This document shows, piece after piece, positions 61,685 through 64,000 of a stretch of DNA of 64,000 bases (position 1 is its first letter; each line of letters starts with the position of its first letter). Source of the stretch: Phoronis australis. Its lineage: Eukaryota > Animalia > Phoronida. Where the stretch lies: assembly GCA_002633005.1 (NCBI GenBank), contig NMRA01000080.1, positions 954,940-1,018,939 on the forward strand, read 5' to 3'. Under the pieces are notes generated by a model. The model saw only the letters and a program-made list of their open reading frames with translations, did no database searches and was not told where the DNA came from. The position numbers and the translations under genes are program-made.

Positions 61685-61935
61685 ATGGGTCTGTCTATAT
61701 AAATAAAACTGGACCCGTCGCGACGGGTCCAGATATATTTATATAGCGTGACCCGCAGTGATGGGTCTGTCTATATAAATATAACTGGACCCGTCGCGAC
61801 GGGTCCAGTTATATTTATATAGCGTGACCCGCAGTGATGGGTCTGACTCTGTCATGACGGGTCAAATTATAATTGGATCCATCGTGATGGGTCGAGTTAT
61901 ATTTATATAGATAGACCCATCAAGGTGGGTCAACC
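61685..61935. repeat. Palindromic ~77-bp tandem repeat, probably a transposon end
   Basis: Core CTGGACCCGTCGCGACGGGTCCAG flanked by inverted TATATAAATA arms; two near-identical units plus diverged ones. Confidence 0.8.

Positions 61936-62003
<68 letters not shown>
61936..62003. repeat. (TA)n microsatellite
   Basis: Direct inspection. Confidence 0.95.
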
Positions 62004-62004
<1 letters not shown>

Positions 62005-63089
62005 CTCATTGGTGTTTCCACTACTTTGAAACCAGTGACAAGTGTAGTGCTGCGTACAAGTTATCCTGGGCTTTTTAAATTCAATGGAGGATTGGTTATT
62101 CATTATATTTTGAGCCCATACAAGGTTGCAACCCTTTTGTTCTCTTCACTTGACACAAATTCAACATTCCTTTCTCCAGGGACCATTACTTTGCTTCAGA
62201 GCAAAGAAAAGCATCTTCGGAAAAAAGGTAAAGTGTCGTTGCCTACCTAGAGAGTCTGTCCATGGGACGAAAGGAGAGTGACAACAGCATTCACGAAATG
62301 ATTCAGGGATTCCCGCTCTTAAAAGTCTCGGATTACAAAAAAATGCAAGAAGTTGCGTAAACTGCTGTGCTGATAAAACTGGGATTGCGTTTGATGTCTT
62401 ACTCATAACATCGATACACAGATGAACAGACTGACTTGTGACGTTTGTGTGGCTTGGATGTTCGTATTTACTCTTCTGTTCACCGTGCATCTAGGTCATG
62501 ATCATAGTGTGACAGTGAAAAAGAGTGAGACTATTTCTAATACACATAGTACATTGTCATTTTCTCTAAACGTAGTCACATTTTTGTCTTTAACGTCACT
62601 TCAAGACACACAGTAGTAAGTACACAAGGAATCAACAACAATATTAAAGCAATTTCTGTAACAATATTAATCTTTATCGTAATCTATTTTCCCGAGTACA
62701 CCACGAGCTTTGATGCAGAGTAAACCAAGATGAGGATTGCGAATAATGTCATTTATTATGACGTAAGTAGAAGAAATAAAGAACATTATCTGCAAAAAGG
62801 GCATGGCACCGGCGTGTGCAGTGAATTGCCCGTAACGATTGGACGGAAAAAAATTAATTAAGAACCGCCTGAAGGGCCTAACAGGTAGGTGGCTGAATGA
62901 ACTATAGATCACGCTATACTGAACAGAGAAAATATCAGTGACCAATGACGTGTCCAGTAGAGAAATGTATGAATTCAGCAGTAGACCTAGGAGGCTGTAA
63001 ATAGCAATGAGTAATGCAAAATAAAGAATTAATATAAAAGTGAAAGTGACAAATGTCAAAATAATGACGACAAATGGATTTAACAAGTT

Positions 63090-63540
63090 AAATTTAATTT
63101 ATCATAATCTGTTTTACCCGGGGTACGCCTCGAGCTAAGTTGGGGAGTAATTATGTCATTTATTATAAGTAAAAGAATAAAGAATATTCTTCAAGATGGG
63201 GATGGAATAACGTCATGATGGCAGTATGGGAACCCGGGCAGTAATAACTCGAGGCTATGTACAGAAATATGATAAATGAACAAAGGTATAATTAAAACTA
63301 GAAATATGCAAATTAACAATGAAACCCGAGACCAAAATTACGTAGTACTACTGACTAGAATTTGCAAACCTGCAACCACAGACCTTTGGGGCGCAAGCTG
63401 CTACCATAGACCTGCGCAGGGAAGGAGGCAGGCTGAAACAACAGACCTGACCTGGCAGGTGGGAAAAACCGACGAAAGGCTGAGACGACCCCTCGTAGTG
63501 AGAGGAGGGCGAAAAGTAAAGAGTGAAAATGGAGAGCTGA
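63090..63540 (-). mobile_element. Possible L2/CR1 LINE 3' remnant
   Basis: Minus frame TTRGRLSL...GLW*QLAPQRSVV resembles the CR1/L2 C-terminal TRG...WNxLP motif; followed by an AT-rich 3' region. Confidence 0.3.
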
Positions 63541-63546
63541 ATCAAT

Positions 63547-64000
63547 AGACTCTTCCAGCCGATGGTGGTTTAAAGTTAAACCTGGTTTAAACTGGGCTTA
63601 GACCAAGTTTAAAGATAATCTGCATTTTATAAAGGTGGTTTAACTTTTAGACCAGTGGTCTTGTAAAACCTGGTTTAACTCCAGTTTAGACCTGGTTTAA
63701 GTCAGTTTTCATTTCACCAACGAGGTATATATTACTTAGACCTGTATTAAGATCATCAACCAGGATTAACTTTAGACTTGGTCATACCCAGGTTTAACAC
63801 TTTTAAAGATGGCTGACTCAGACTTGCGAGATATACATGTGCTCTATCGAGCAGGTGAAAGACGTCGCGGCGTGCGTCGCCGACGCAATTTTAGAGCGAG
63901 AGTAAACTATTTTGAATTTTACGACGAGACAGATTTCAAAAAGCGGTTCCGAATGACAAAACAGACAATGAGAGACGTCATAAGACTGGTCAGAAACCAG
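63547..64000 (+). mobile_element. PIF/Harbinger transposon 5' end
   Basis: Subterminal palindromic repeats TTAAACCTGGTTTAA upstream of a HARBI1-like ORF; exact terminus uncertain. Confidence 0.75.
63809..64000 (+). CDS. Harbinger (HARBI1-like) transposase N-terminus, truncated by the window
   Basis: MADSDLRDIHVLYRAGERRRGVRRRRNFRARVNYFEFYDETDFKKRFRMTKQTMRDVIRLVRNQ, open to the edge; the R-x-FR...YD...F-xx-RFR(M/L)(S/T)K pattern is typical. Confidence 0.8.
   Translation, partial: MADSDLRDIHVLYRAGERRRGVRRRRNFRARVNYFEFYDETDFKKRFRMTKQTMRDVIRLVRNQ

Overview
AT-rich, intron-containing, transposon-rich animal (invertebrate-like) genomic DNA; no prokaryotic operon, CRISPR array, rRNA or tRNA was seen. 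Splicing by hand gives three host genes plus the start of a paralog, all with innate-immunity or cell-death-type domains. (1) A minus-strand DUF4062 gene of the TEP1/NWD/NPHP3-type STAND-TPR class, with six coding exons from 5454 off the left edge. (2) A divergently transcribed plus-strand gene (12324 to at least 27022, nine exons) with a canonical RHIM-like VQIG motif, a second variant motif and a TRADD-N-like domain. (3) A ~1200 aa protein fusing a stonustoxin-type MACPF module, a Cys-rich Zn-finger region and a septin/AIG1-like GTPase (42027-49201). (4) A tandem paralog of gene 3 starting at ~60.3 kb with the same CArG+TATA promoter. The rest is mobile DNA: several Kolobok-type elements (one foldback-like), a ~7 kb IS3EU element with a nested RNase H LINE, Penelope, L1/Tx1 and L2/CR1 remnants, MITEs and a Harbinger transposase at the right edge. 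Two apparent tandem duplications flank single-N gaps and are probably uncollapsed haplotypes. All domain calls come from motif recognition by eye, not from database searches.
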